A stretch of 64,000 nucleotides of DNA from an uncultured Candidatus Rokubacteria bacterium (GTDB lineage Bacteria; Methylomirabilota; Methylomirabilia; Rokubacteriales; DASRDR01). Shown here piece after piece: positions 1-16,128 of this stretch (position 1 is its first letter; the number at the start of each line of letters is the position of its first letter). The notes below the pieces were generated by a model. The model ran no database searches. It was not told where the DNA came from and saw nothing but the letters and a program-made list of their open reading frames with translations. Position numbers and translations under genes: made by a program. Location: assembly GCA_963708025.1 (NCBI GenBank), contig CAVPSB010000032.1, positions 224,001-288,000 of the forward strand, read 5' to 3'.

Positions 1-2765
<2,765 letters not shown>

Positions 2766-2841
2766 ACGGATCCCTCCGTGGTCCGCCGAATGACTTCCGT
2801 CTCGTGTAGACGCTCTGGCTACTCGAGGTTCTCGTATGCGG

Positions 2842-2853
2842 TTGTCAAAGAGC
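2842..2853 (-). promoter_or_regulatory. boxA antitermination element in 16S-23S ITS
   Basis: GCTCTTTGACAA-type boxA on the minus strand; a second copy lies in the 16S leader at about 4581-4592. Confidence 0.75.
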
Positions 2854-2954
2854 TGCGCGCCGGCCCGAAAGCCGGCGCGGTGAAAAATGCTACTGGCTCG
2901 CGCGAGTGGTGATCGACCCAGTCGATCGGGCAGTGGGTCACCCCACCCCCCCGA

Positions 2955-4522
<1,568 letters not shown>

Positions 4523-4692
4523 ACCTCTCTCGGACCTCAAGGGCATGCACACCGTCTCGGTGAGCCAGTAGCATATTCAGCTGTCAAAGAGCCGAGGAAA
4601 CTTCTCTGAGAACGTAACCGGTGATTCGGTATCAGCCGGGCGGGTCTTTCGAACCCAACTGCTCGGGAACCAAAGGCCCCGAGCAACACCTA

Positions 4693-4722
4693 ACGGTACC
4701 AGCGGCTCCGCCGCCCTGTCAA
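4693..4722 (-). promoter_or_regulatory. rrn promoter (sigma70-type)
   Basis: TTGACA-N18-TACCGT with extended -10 TG, upstream of 16S leader and boxA. Confidence 0.7.
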
Positions 4723-4739
4723 GTGCGAATTCGGGTGAC

Positions 4740-5996
4740 CTACCCTTCGCCGGCCACGACCCGCACGCGGCGGAACTCGCGCCGGCCCTTCTGAACGAGG
4801 AGCTCGTCGCCCGGCCGGAGCCGGCGGGTCCCGTACGGGTCCTCGACCCGCTGGTCGTCGATGCGGATGCCACCCTGCTGGATCAGCCGCTTCGCCTCGC
4901 TGGCCGAGCCGGCGACACCGCTCCGGACCACGAGCTGGTCCATTCGCAGCTCGGCGCCTCCCCCCGGGACCGGCAGACGCACCTCGAGGACATCCTCCGG
5001 CACCTCGCGCGCCCGGAACTGCTGCACGAAGCCCCGGTGAGCGGTCTCTGCTTCCGCACCACCGTGGAACTGCGCCACGATCCTGGCGGCAAGCTCGAGC
5101 TTGGCCTCCATCGGGTGTTTCGTCCCGTCGCGGATCCCGGCCTCGAGGGCATCGACCTCCGCCGATGGGTAGCCGCTCACGAGGCGATAGTAGGTGATCA
5201 TCACCTCGTCCGAGACCGACATCAGCTTGCCGAACATCTGGGCGGGCGGCTCCGTGATCCCCACGTAGTTTCCCAGGCTCTTCGACATCTTCTGCACGCC
5301 GTCGGTGCCGACCAGCAGCGGCATCGTGATCGAGATCTGGGGCTCCTGGCCGAACGCGCGCTGCAAGTCCCGGCCGACCAGGAGGTTGAACGTCTGGTCC
5401 GTCCCGCCCATCTCGACGTCCGCCCGGAGCGCCACGGAGTCCTGGGCCTGGAAGAGCGGATAGAGGAACTCGTGGAGGTGGATCGGCCGTTCGGCTTCGT
5501 AGCGCTGGGCGAAGTCCTCGCGGGAGAGGAGACGGGCCACCGTCACCTGCGCGGTCATCCGGATGACGTCCTCGGCCCGCAACGGTGACAGCCACTCGGA
5601 GTTGAAGGCCACGCGCGTCGCCACCGGATCCAGGATCTTGAACACCTGGGTCTTGTACGTCTGGGCGTTCGCCTCGATCTCCTCTCGCGAGAGAGGCTTG
5701 CGCGTCTCCGACTTCCCGGTGGGATCGCCGATCATCCCCGTGAAGTCCCCGATGACGAAGTAGATCGCGTGGCCAAGCTCCTGAAGTTGCCGCATCTTCT
5801 GGATGACCACGGTGTGCCCCAAGTGGAGATCGGGCGCGGTCGGATCGAACCCGACCTTCACCACCATCGGGATGCCCGTCCGCACTGACCGCTCCAGCTT
5901 GGCCCGCAGCTCGTCCTCCTGGACGATGGCCGCGGTCCCCCGTCGGATCAGCGCGAGCTGCTCCGCGGCCGCAATGGACTCGCCAGGGCGCAACAT
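4740..5996 (-). CDS. tyrS: tyrosine--tRNA ligase
   Basis: [13 protein letters not shown] and KMSKS motifs, C-terminal S4-like domain (QKGRREF). Confidence 0.97.
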   Translation of the reverse strand: MLRPGESIAAAEQLALIRRGTAAIVQEDELRAKLERSVRTGIPMVVKVGFDPTAPDLHLGHTVVIQKMRQLQELGHAIYFVIGDFTGMIGDPTGKSETRKPLSREEIEANAQTYKTQVFKILDPVATRVAFNSEWLSPLRAEDVIRMTAQVTVARLLSREDFAQRYEAERPIHLHEFLYPLFQAQDSVALRADVEMGGTDQTFNLLVGRDLQRAFGQEPQISITMPLLVGTDGVQKMSKSLGNYVGITEPPAQMFGKLMSVSDEVMITYYRLVSGYPSAEVDALEAGIRDGTKHPMEAKLELAARIVAQFHGGAEAETAHRGFVQQFRAREVPEDVLEVRLPVPGGGAELRMDQLVVRSGVAGSASEAKRLIQQGGIRIDDQRVEDPYGTRRLRPGDELLVQKGRREFRRVRVVAGEG

Positions 5997-6136
5997 GGCG
6001 CCGTTTGTATCACGGCCGGCGCGCGGCTGCAAGCGAAGGGAATCCGGTTCGCCGCGGCTGGCGCCGCCTGGCAGTATAATTGACGCGACTCAGGTGGCCG
6101 CGCCGATTGGAAAGGACGACCGGAGAGCACTCCCCC

Positions 6137-8239
6137 GTGCCATCACGCCTTCGCGCCCGACGTTCCAGCGCCATGCTCCGGCGGGGCAAGAGCCCCCGAC
6201 TGCCCCGGTGGTTGGCGTCCTCGGGCCGCTGGCGCTTCCGGCTCCGCCGATTGCTGCCGTCCTGGCGCCTGGTCCGCTGGCTCCTGGTGGCCGTGGTCGC
6301 CACCCTCCTGCTGACCTCGGCCGCGGTCGCGCTCGCCGCCTATCTCTACTGGCCCACCGACCTTCCCTCCGTCAAGGCGCTGGAGGAGTTCGCCCCCACC
6401 CCCGGCACCAAGGTCTATGCCGACGACGACGAGCTGCTGACCGAGTTCCAGGCCGAGCGCCGGATCTTCGTGCCCCTCCGGGAGATCCCGCGGACGCTCC
6501 GGGACGCGGTCATCGCCATCGAGGACACCCGATTCTACTCCCACTTCGGCGTCGACCTGCGTGGCATCGCACGGGCCGCCTACGCCAACTTCCGGCGAAA
6601 CCGCATCGTCGAGGGGGGGAGCACCATCACGCAGCAGCTCGCCAAGGTGCTCTTCCTCACGCCCGATCGAAGCCTCGACCGGAAGGTCAAGGAAGCCCTG
6701 CTCGCGCTGGAGCTGGAGAAGCGGTACTCGAAGGACCGGCTGCTCGAGATCTATCTGAACCAGATCTACCTCGGGCACGGCGCTTACGGCGTCGAGGCGG
6801 CGGCCAAGACGTACTTCGGGGCGTCGGTGCAGGAGTTGAACCTCTCCCAGGCCGCGCTCCTGGCCGCTCTCCCGCGCGCGCCGGGGAACTACTCGCCCTT
6901 CGAGCACCCCGAGGAAGCGCGGAAGCGTCGCCGACTCGTCCTCAACCGCATGGTCGAGCAGGAGTTCATCACGGCGGACCAGGCCAAGCGGGCGAGCGCG
7001 GCGCCCCTCGGCCTGGTGGCGCCCGAGCGCCGGCGTGGCACCGGGCAGTACTTCCTCGAATACCTGCAGCAGGGGCTCGAGGCCAAGTTCGGCACGGACC
7101 TGGTCTTCAAGGGTGGCCTGTCCGTCTACACGACCCTGAACCCGGTCATGCAGCGGACCGCCGAGCAGGCGCTGCGCGAGGGGCTGCAAGCGCTGGCGGC
7201 CCGGCAGGCCGCCCGCGTCGCCGGGAAGGGCGCCCCGGCGCCGCCCACCCCCGAGGGTGCGGTCCTCGTGATCGAGGCGCAGACCGGATACATCAAGGCG
7301 CTGGTGGGGGGCTCGGACTTCGCGCGGAGCGAGTTCAACCGGGCGGTGAACGCACACCGCCAGCCGGGGTCGGCCTTCAAGCCCTTCGTCTACCTGGCCG
7401 CGCTCGAAGGCGGCCGGACGCCGGCCGACCTTCTCGAGGACAGCCCCCTCAGCTACACCTTCGGGGGGAAGACCTGGGCGCCCGAGAACTACGACGGCAA
7501 GTTCCGGGGCCAGATCACCGCCCAGCAGGCGCTGGAGGAATCGGTCAACGTGCCCACCATCCGGCTCGCCGAGCAGGTGGGGGTGCACCGGGTGATCGAC
7601 GCCGCCAAGCGCCTCGGTATCCAGAGCCCGCTCCAGGCCAATCTCGCGCTCGCCCTCGGGGCCTCCGACGTCACCCTCCTCGAGCTGACCGCGGCCTACG
7701 CGGCCCTCGCCAACCAGGGGGTGCGGATGGAGCCGATCGTCATCCGCCACGTCACGGACGCGCAGGGGCGCCTCGTCGAGGAGAACATCCCGCAGGGCCG
7801 CGAGACGGTGAACCCCGCCGTCGCCTACGTGCTCACCCAGATGCTACGTGGCGCCGTCGAGCGCGGCACCGCGGTCAGCGCCCGAAGCCTCGGCCGCCCG
7901 ATCGCCGGCAAGACCGGCACCACCAACGACTTCTCGAACGCGTGGTTCGTCGGCTACACGCCCTCGATCACCGCGGCGGTGTGGGTGGGTCACGACCGCG
8001 TCAGGAGCCTCGGGCACGAGGAGACGGGCGCTCGGGCCGCCCTGCCCGTCTGGATCGCGCTCATGCGGGAGATCCTCAAGGATCGGCCGGGCGAGGACTT
8101 CACTCCACCGGAGAACGTGGCCATGGCTCGGGTTGACATGACTACCGGCTTCCTGGCCACGCCCAATTGTCCAAAGCCCGTCGTGATGGCATTCGTGGCC
8201 GGAACCGAGCCCACTCGCTTCTGTCCCGTTCACCCCTAA
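6137..8239 (+). CDS. class A penicillin-binding protein (PBP1A family); start uncertain
   Basis: TM anchor, transglycosylase motifs EDTRFYSHFG, GGSTITQQLAK, RKVKE; transpeptidase SAFK, SVN, KTGT. Confidence 0.95.
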   Translation: MPSRLRARRSSAMLRRGKSPRLPRWLASSGRWRFRLRRLLPSWRLVRWLLVAVVATLLLTSAAVALAAYLYWPTDLPSVKALEEFAPTPGTKVYADDDELLTEFQAERRIFVPLREIPRTLRDAVIAIEDTRFYSHFGVDLRGIARAAYANFRRNRIVEGGSTITQQLAKVLFLTPDRSLDRKVKEALLALELEKRYSKDRLLEIYLNQIYLGHGAYGVEAAAKTYFGASVQELNLSQAALLAALPRAPGNYSPFEHPEEARKRRRLVLNRMVEQEFITADQAKRASAAPLGLVAPERRRGTGQYFLEYLQQGLEAKFGTDLVFKGGLSVYTTLNPVMQRTAEQALREGLQALAARQAARVAGKGAPAPPTPEGAVLVIEAQTGYIKALVGGSDFARSEFNRAVNAHRQPGSAFKPFVYLAALEGGRTPADLLEDSPLSYTFGGKTWAPENYDGKFRGQITAQQALEESVNVPTIRLAEQVGVHRVIDAAKRLGIQSPLQANLALALGASDVTLLELTAAYAALANQGVRMEPIVIRHVTDAQGRLVEENIPQGRETVNPAVAYVLTQMLRGAVERGTAVSARSLGRPIAGKTGTTNDFSNAWFVGYTPSITAAVWVGHDRVRSLGHEETGARAALPVWIALMREILKDRPGEDFTPPENVAMARVDMTTGFLATPNCPKPVVMAFVAGTEPTRFCPVHP

Positions 8240-8385
8240 GCCCTTCGGGGGGGTCTCGGAAGACTGCGCCGATTCCCCCCTTCGGAGGCCGCGGCAAGCC
8301 GCCGGCCTGAGTGGAACGCCGGGACCGCGAGACCAGAACCAGACCGTGTGGAGAAACCGACGCGCGGCGGGGACCAGAAGAACCG
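8240..8385 (+). repeat. interspersed palindromic repeat, family A copy 1
   Basis: CTTCGGGGGGGTCTCGGAAGAC...CGGAGGCCGCGGC..GCCG...GTGGAACGCC; aligns by eye with 9190-9336, 11850-11992, 22920-23010 and 29274-29306. Confidence 0.85.
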
Positions 8386-8410
8386 ACATCTCCGGCCGGC
8401 GGAGCGACGG

Positions 8411-9166
8411 TCAGTCGGGGGGCGCGGGGACGGTCCGGGCGAGGAATCGGGGCGTCCGGAGCGCGGCGCCGCTCAAGGCGGCGAGGTAGTCGTCCAGGAC
8501 CGAGGCCGCCTCCTGCTCGACGCTCGGCGCGATCCGAGCGTGGAGCCGCGCCTCCCACGACGCGGCCTGGAGGCCGCGGAGCGCCCCGAGCGCCCGCGGC
8601 GAGACCCGCGGGACTCCCGCAGCCCGGCACCCGTCGCAGGCGACGCCGCCCTGACCCGGATCGAACACGACGCCGACCGTGCCGAGCGGACGCCCGCACC
8701 CGGCGCATCGGTCCAGGCGCGGCCGATGGCCGAGGAGATCCAGCAGCCGGAGCGTGAAGGCGAGCTGCACCCGAGCCGGGGAACCGCTCTCGAGGGCTTG
8801 AAAGGCTCGGAGCAGCAGGGCGAAGCAGGCCGGTTGAGTGTCACGCTCGCCGGTGAGCCGGAGGATGGCCTCCACCATGCGGGCACCCTGTCCAAGCCGC
8901 TCGAGATCTTCCCGGAGTGCGCGGAACGATCGGTGGATGTCGAAGTGATCGAGTCGCAGCAGGTCCCGCCCCGGACGCTCGAACCCCACGGCCTCTCCGC
9001 AGGTGAACAGCTCGAGGGCCCCGCCGAATCGCGACCGGAGCCGACGGGCACCCTGCGCGACGGCGGTGAACCGGCCGAAGTCGCGCGTGTACAGCGTGAC
9101 GAGACGATCGTACTCTCCGAGATCACGCGTCCGGAGAACGACGCCCGGGGTCCGGAGAAGTGGCAC
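8411..9166 (-). CDS. recO: DNA repair protein RecO
   Basis: GVVLRTRDLGEYDRLVTLYTRDFG N-terminus, Zn-finger CAGC...CDGC; downstream of era. Confidence 0.93.
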   Translation of the reverse strand: MPLLRTPGVVLRTRDLGEYDRLVTLYTRDFGRFTAVAQGARRLRSRFGGALELFTCGEAVGFERPGRDLLRLDHFDIHRSFRALREDLERLGQGARMVEAILRLTGERDTQPACFALLLRAFQALESGSPARVQLAFTLRLLDLLGHRPRLDRCAGCGRPLGTVGVVFDPGQGGVACDGCRAAGVPRVSPRALGALRGLQAASWEARLHARIAPSVEQEAASVLDDYLAALSGAALRTPRFLARTVPAPPD

Positions 9167-9189
9167 GCCGCCCTCAGGACCTCTGACGA

Positions 9190-9336
9190 GACCCGGCAAC
9201 TCCCATTTCAATCGCTCCTTTGGCCTTCGCGACGCTCGGGCGCCCGGCCTCGCGGCCAAGGCGTTCCACTCCGAGCCGCGGCTCCGCCGCGGCCTCCGAG
9301 GGGGGCATCGGGGGTCTTCCGAGACCCCCGAAGATC
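9190..9336 (-). repeat. family A repeat copy 2
   Basis: Minus strand GATCTTCGGGGGTCTCGGAAGACCCCCGA...TCGGAGGCCGCGGCGGAGCCGCGGCTCGGAGTGGAACGCC directly after the era stop. Confidence 0.85.
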
Positions 9337-10290
9337 TCAGGAGGTCAGGCGGTAGCCCAGCTCGCGGAGGGCCGTCTCGTTCCGCCGCCAGTGCCGGCGC
9401 ACCTGGACCCAGAGTTCGAGGTAGACGCGAACGCCGAAGAAGGCCTCCAGCTCGCGCCGCGCCGCCTGGCCGATCCGCTTGAGCATGGCGCCCCCCTCTC
9501 CGATGACGATCGCCTTCTGGGACGGCTGCTCGACGAAGATCACCGCCCGGATGTAGAGCTGCCCGCTCTCGCGCTCCACCAGCTCCTCCACGCGCACCGC
9601 AGCGGCGTACGGGATCTCCTGACGAGTCAGCAGGAAGATCTTCTCCCGGATGGTCTCGGCCACGAAGAAGGTCTCGGGCTGATCGGTGAGCTGATCGGGT
9701 GGATAGAAGGCCGGACCGGGTGGCAAGAGCGCGAGGATGATCGCCTCCAGTTGACTGACGCCCTCCCCGGTGCTCGCCGAAATCGGGATCAGCTCCCGGA
9801 ACGGGTATCGGGCCGCCCAGGCCTCCAGCCGCGGCAGGAGCTGCCGCTTGTCCGGCATCAGGTCGACCTTGTTGAGCGCGAGCAGGACGGGGGCCTTCAC
9901 CTCGCGCAGCGAGGCCAAAGCGCCCTCGTCGAGCGCGATCCGACTCTCGGGCGCCTCGGCCACGAACACGACCCCGTCGACCTCCTCCAGAGCCTGGCTG
10001 ATCGTCGCCGCCATGAACTCGCCCAGCTTTCCCCGCGGCTGGTGGAGGCCCGGCGTGTCGACGTAGATGATCTGGGCGCGCGGGAGAGTTCGGATCCCCG
10101 TGATCCGGTTGCGCGTCGTCTGAGGCTTCGGGGAGACGATCGCGATCTTCTGGCCGAGGAGTCGATTGAGGAGGGTGGACTTCCCGACGTTGGGGCGGCC
10201 CACGATGGCGACGAATCCCGACCGGTGGTCCTCCGGGACCGCCCCCACCACTCGACGACCCTCGGCCTTCGGCTCGCCCTCGCCGCTCAC
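9337..10290 (-). CDS. era: GTPase Era
   Basis: GRPNVGKSTL, QTTR, DTPG, NKVD and KH domain (VIGEGG). Confidence 0.97.
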   Translation of the reverse strand: MSGEGEPKAEGRRVVGAVPEDHRSGFVAIVGRPNVGKSTLLNRLLGQKIAIVSPKPQTTRNRITGIRTLPRAQIIYVDTPGLHQPRGKLGEFMAATISQALEEVDGVVFVAEAPESRIALDEGALASLREVKAPVLLALNKVDLMPDKRQLLPRLEAWAARYPFRELIPISASTGEGVSQLEAIILALLPPGPAFYPPDQLTDQPETFFVAETIREKIFLLTRQEIPYAAAVRVEELVERESGQLYIRAVIFVEQPSQKAIVIGEGGAMLKRIGQAARRELEAFFGVRVYLELWVQVRRHWRRNETALRELGYRLTS

Positions 10291-10293
10291 GGC

Positions 10294-10734
10294 TCAGACG
10301 ACGACGTGGAGCGTTGGAGCGGGGCGCTCGTGGAGCCGGCCGAGCAGGTCCATCTCCCGGCCGTGCATGACCCGGGCCTCGAGGCGCTCCCGGTCGTCGT
10401 ATCCCACGAGGTGCAGGCACGCGTGGCAGCAGAGGAGGTCCAGCTCTTCCCCGAGCGAGTGCCTGAGGGTCCGGGCCTGCCGGCGGGCGGTCTCCACCGA
10501 GATGATCGCCTCGCCCAGGACCGCCGCCGGGCCGGCGAGCGGGAACGCCAGCACGTCGGTGGCGCGGCGGACACCGCGATAGCGGGCGTTGAGGGCCCGG
10601 ATCTCGCGATCGCCCACCAGCGTCAGGCTCACCTCGTGGTCCCAGACCCCGAGGGCCTCGAGGGCCAGACGGATGGTCCGGCGGACGCGGTCGAGGTCGA
10701 CGGCAATGCTTTGACGGTTCTGGACGTCGATCAC
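10294..10734 (-). CDS. ybeY: rRNA maturation RNase YbeY
   Basis: LNARYRG..ATDVLAF and HACLHLVGYDD (H3xH5xH motif with last His replaced by Asp). Confidence 0.9.
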   Translation of the reverse strand: MIDVQNRQSIAVDLDRVRRTIRLALEALGVWDHEVSLTLVGDREIRALNARYRGVRRATDVLAFPLAGPAAVLGEAIISVETARRQARTLRHSLGEELDLLCCHACLHLVGYDDRERLEARVMHGREMDLLGRLHERPAPTLHVVV

Positions 10735-10762
10735 GACCGCTCGGTCCTCGGAGAGGAACCGA

Positions 10763-11758
10763 TCAGGGGGAGCGCGGCTGGCCTCCGGGTGCGTCTCGCC
10801 GCTGCCCCCAATCGTCGTAGGCCCGAATGATCTCGGAGACGAGCTCGTGCCGGACGACGTCCTTCTCGGTGAAGTAGACGAACTCGATACCCGGCACCTG
10901 CTTGAGCACCGACTGGACCTCGATGAGCCCGGAGGCGCGGGTCGAGGGGAGGTCGACCTGCGTGATGTCCCCGGTGATCACCATGCGGGAGTTGAACCCG
11001 AGCCGCGTCAGAAACATCTTCATTTGCTCGGAGGTTGTGTTCTGCGCCTCGTCGAGCACGATGAAGGCGTCGTTCAGCGTCCGGCCGCGCATGTAGGCCA
11101 GCGGCGCGATCTCGATCGCGCCCCGCTCGGTCAGGGTCGCGACCTTGTCGGGCTCCATCATGTCGTAGAGCGCGTCGTAGAGCGGCCGCAGGTAGGGGTG
11201 CACCTTCTCGTACATGTCACCGGGCAGGAACCCGAGCCGCTCGCCCGCCTCGACCGCCGGCCGGGTGAGGATGATCCGGGCCACCTCGCGTCGGGTCATG
11301 GCCGACACCGCCATGGCCATCGCCAGGTAGGACTTCCCGGTCCCGGCCGGTCCGATCCCGATGACGACGTCGCGGGTGCGGATGGCGTCCACGTAGCGCT
11401 TCTGCATCACCGTCTTGGGAGTGATGGACTTCTTGCGCGAGGGCACCGCGATGGCGTCCAGGAGGACCCCGCGCAGATCCGCCCCGGCGTCGTCGGTGAC
11501 CAGTCGGAGGGCGGCCCGAACGTCCGGCGCCTGGACCGGCAGGCCGGCCTCGACCCGCGCCTGCAGCTCCTCGATCACACGGGCGCCGCGGGCCACCTGC
11601 TGCTCCGTTCCCTTCAACGTGATCTCGGCGCCCCGGGCGACGATGCGGAGATCCAGATGGGACTCCAGCAGTCGCAGATGTTCATCGTTCCGCCCCGAGA
11701 GGGGCAGGAGGTCGGTGTCGGAGGCGAGGGTGATGCGGTGGGTGATCGATTCAGGCAC
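10763..11758 (-). CDS. phoH: PhoH family ATPase
   Basis: GPAGTGKS, RPAVEAGERLGFLPGD, YMRGRTL, DEAQN, GDITQVDL. Confidence 0.95.
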   Translation of the reverse strand: MPESITHRITLASDTDLLPLSGRNDEHLRLLESHLDLRIVARGAEITLKGTEQQVARGARVIEELQARVEAGLPVQAPDVRAALRLVTDDAGADLRGVLLDAIAVPSRKKSITPKTVMQKRYVDAIRTRDVVIGIGPAGTGKSYLAMAMAVSAMTRREVARIILTRPAVEAGERLGFLPGDMYEKVHPYLRPLYDALYDMMEPDKVATLTERGAIEIAPLAYMRGRTLNDAFIVLDEAQNTTSEQMKMFLTRLGFNSRMVITGDITQVDLPSTRASGLIEVQSVLKQVPGIEFVYFTEKDVVRHELVSEIIRAYDDWGQRRDAPGGQPRSP

Positions 11759-11849
11759 GCTCGAGCGTCTCGCCCTCCATCCGGACCTCAGTATAACAGA
11801 CGCGGCCCGCCGGGACGAACCGCCCCTCAGGGTCTGTGAGCCATCGCCG

Positions 11850-11992
11850 GCGGCCCTCGAATCCCACCGCCCGTCGGCCTCTCGCAACCCTCTGACTCTG
11901 GCCACGCGGCCGTGGCGTTCCGCTTCGAGCTGCGGCTTCGCCGCGGCCTCCGCGGGGGGCCTCGGCGGGCTTCCGAGACCCCCCCGAGGATC
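11850..11992 (-). repeat. family A repeat copy 3
   Basis: Minus strand GATCCTCGGGGGGGTCTCGGAAGCCC...GGAGGCCGCGGCGAAGCCGCAGCTCGAAGCGGAACGCC directly after the aspS stop. Confidence 0.85.
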
Positions 11993-13789
<1,797 letters not shown>

Positions 13790-13793
<4 letters not shown>

Positions 13794-15061
13794 CGCGCGC
13801 CCCCGACCTCTCGGATCTCGAGGTCCGGCCACTCGACGATGCTGTCGAACCCCTGCCCCGCCAGCGCCGCGCGCTGGGGTCCCCGCCGTTTCGCGCTCAG
13901 CTCCAGGGACACCGCCCATCCCTCCTGGCGTCGCTTGTGCGCGTATTCCAGGATCGGTGCGAGATCGGCGGTCTCCTCGAAGACGAGCGCGAGGCGCTTC
14001 GAGCCGTCCGCTCGTCCGCCCTTGCGGTCCATGAGGATCGAGATGACCCGCTCGAACCCGATGGAGAAGCCCGTCGCCGGCACGTCCTGACCGAGGATCT
14101 TGCCGATCAGCCGATCGTAGCGTCCGCCGCCGGCGATCGACGACGAGAAGCCTTCGGCGGCGATCTCGAAGATCGGCCCGGTGTAGTAGGACATGCCCCG
14201 CACGAGGGTCGCGTCGAAGCTGACCGACGTCTGGGTGCGCGCCGCTTCGATGATCTCCTTCAGGCCGTGAATCGCCGCCTGCGTCTCGGCATCCTTGACG
14301 TACGCGCTGAGGGGCTCCAACCCGCCGCCGCCCTTGAGCTTGGTGAACACGTCCAGCATTCGCTCGATCGCGGGCGCCGGGTGGCCGGCCTGCCTCAGCT
14401 CGTCGGCGATCGCGGACGGCTCCAGCTTGTCCCACTTGTCGAGGGCGATGAAGACGCTATCGTGGCGAGCCTCGTCGAATCCGCACCAGCGTGCCATGGC
14501 GGTGAGAACGCGACGGTCGTTGATGCGCACCGTCAGGCCTTCCAGCCCCAGCGCGGTCAGCGCCTCCGTCGTGGCGAGGATCAGCTCGATCTCGGCCACC
14601 TCCGACGTGACCCCGAGGATGTCGATGTCGCACTGCGTGAACTGCCGGAAGCGCCCCTTCTGGGGGCGCTCGGCCCGCCACACCGGGCCGATCTGGACGG
14701 CCTTCAGCGGCTTCGGCAGCTTCGCATGGTTGTTCGCGTAGTACCGGGCCAGCGGGACGGTGAGGTCGAACCGAAGGCCCAGGTCGACCAGATCGGCCTC
14801 GCTCGTCGCTCCCGCGATGTCGAGTCGGTCCCCGCGCTTGAGGACCTTGAAGATGAGCTTCTCGTTCTCGCCGCCCTCGCCCCCGGTCAGGAGCTGGATG
14901 CTCTCCAGCGCCGGGGTCTCGATCCGCCGGAAGCCGTGCGTCCGGTACACGCCGAGGATCGTCTGCGCGGTCCGATCCCGCAGCTCGGCCTCCTCGGGCA
15001 GGATGTCCCGCATCCCGCGCGGGGGTTCGGTGCCTGGCCGGCCCTGGCCGGGCGCGCTCAC
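13790..15061 (-). CDS. hisS: histidine--tRNA ligase
   Basis: PRGMRD, LRFDLTVPLARY, RAERPQKGRFRQFTQCDID, RGMSYYTG, GGGRYD. Confidence 0.95.
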
Positions 15062-15576
15062 CCCTGCTTGTCCTCCCGGTACTGCCCGGCGAGCCGTACG
15101 TAGTTGTTGGTGGGCCGGTGGATCAGCCCCAGGTCCGCGTCGGTCAGGGCGCGCCGAGGCTTGGCCGGGGCGCCCATCATCAGCGTCCGGCGCGGGATGT
15201 GGGTGCCGGGGGACACGATCGACCCGGCCGCGACGATCGACTCCTCCTCCATCACCACGCCGTTCAGCACGATGGCACCGATGCCGACGAGACAGTGCGG
15301 GCCGATCCGCGCGCCGTGGAGCCGGACCGCGTGTCCCAGGGTGACGTGGTCCGCGATCTCGACCGGGTGGCCGCCCGAGTCCACGTGAATCACGGTGCCG
15401 TCCTGGATGTTGGTGTGGGACCCGATCCGGATGTAGTTGACGTCGCCCCGGATGACCGTCTGGAACCAGACGCTCGAGTGCTCACCGAGCTCGACGTCGC
15501 CGATCACGTCGGCGGTGTCGGCGACGAAGGCCGTGTCGTGGATGCGGGGCAGCTTTCCCTGGAAGGCGCGGATCAT
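15058..15576 (-). CDS. gamma carbonic anhydrase family protein
   Basis: Hexapeptide repeats, RGDVNYIRIG..NIQDG..H, GHAVRLHG. Confidence 0.92.
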   Translation of the reverse strand: MIRAFQGKLPRIHDTAFVADTADVIGDVELGEHSSVWFQTVIRGDVNYIRIGSHTNIQDGTVIHVDSGGHPVEIADHVTLGHAVRLHGARIGPHCLVGIGAIVLNGVVMEEESIVAAGSIVSPGTHIPRRTLMMGAPAKPRRALTDADLGLIHRPTNNYVRLAGQYREDKQG

Positions 15577-15662
15577 GGCTCCTCCACCCGGCGGTGAAAC
15601 ACTCGAATGGTAACAGGCCCACGCAAACCTCGCAATTGAAAAGCCTTTCCACGGCCGCCACC

Positions 15663-15692
15663 TTGACAGGTGCCCGACCCGGATGCTATACA
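15663..15692 (+). promoter_or_regulatory. sigma70-type promoter of fmdB-like gene
   Basis: TTGACA-N18-TATACA with extended TG. Confidence 0.7.
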
Positions 15693-15756
15693 AGGAGCAG
15701 GACGTGGGGACCGAAAGTAGGGAGCGTCAGCTCCCTTTTTGGTCGAGGGGGACGGG

Positions 15757-16128
15757 GTGCCGACTTACGACTATCAGTGCGACGACTGCGGGCGTACCTA
15801 CGAGGTGCGGCAGCCGATCTCGGCCTCCCCGCTGACCTCCTGCCAGTTCTGCGGGGGCGGCATCCGCCGGCTCCTGTCCGCGACGCCCTTCATCCTCAAG
15901 GGCGGCGGCTGGTACGTCACCGACTACCCCTCGGAATCCCGCAAGAAGGCGATGGCGGACGAGAAGAAGTCGGTCGAGCCGGCCACGAGCGCCAAGGCGG
16001 CGTCTAGCGGGTCCGACGGCTCGTCGAGCGCGACCTCGACCCCCGCGCCGTCCTCCTCGGGGACCTCGTCCTCGGAGACCTCGTCCTCGAAGACCCCGTC
16101 CTCGAAGACCCCGTCGACCACAAGCTGA
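15757..16128 (+). CDS. FmdB family zinc-ribbon protein with Ser/Thr-rich tail
   Basis: PTYDYQCDDCG...CQFCGG...FILKGGGWYVTDY; 15-bp tandem repeats in the tail (about 16048-16118). Confidence 0.9.
   Translation: MPTYDYQCDDCGRTYEVRQPISASPLTSCQFCGGGIRRLLSATPFILKGGGWYVTDYPSESRKKAMADEKKSVEPATSAKAASSGSDGSSSATSTPAPSSSGTSSSETSSSKTPSSKTPSTTS

Noticed and set aside
8411-10420. 669-aa extended RecO
   Set aside because: Extension is an alternative frame over era and repeat A; RecO homology starts at 9166.
8240-11992. Family A repeats as remnants of a protein-coding gene
   Set aside because: Translations of the copies are not conserved while the hairpins are.
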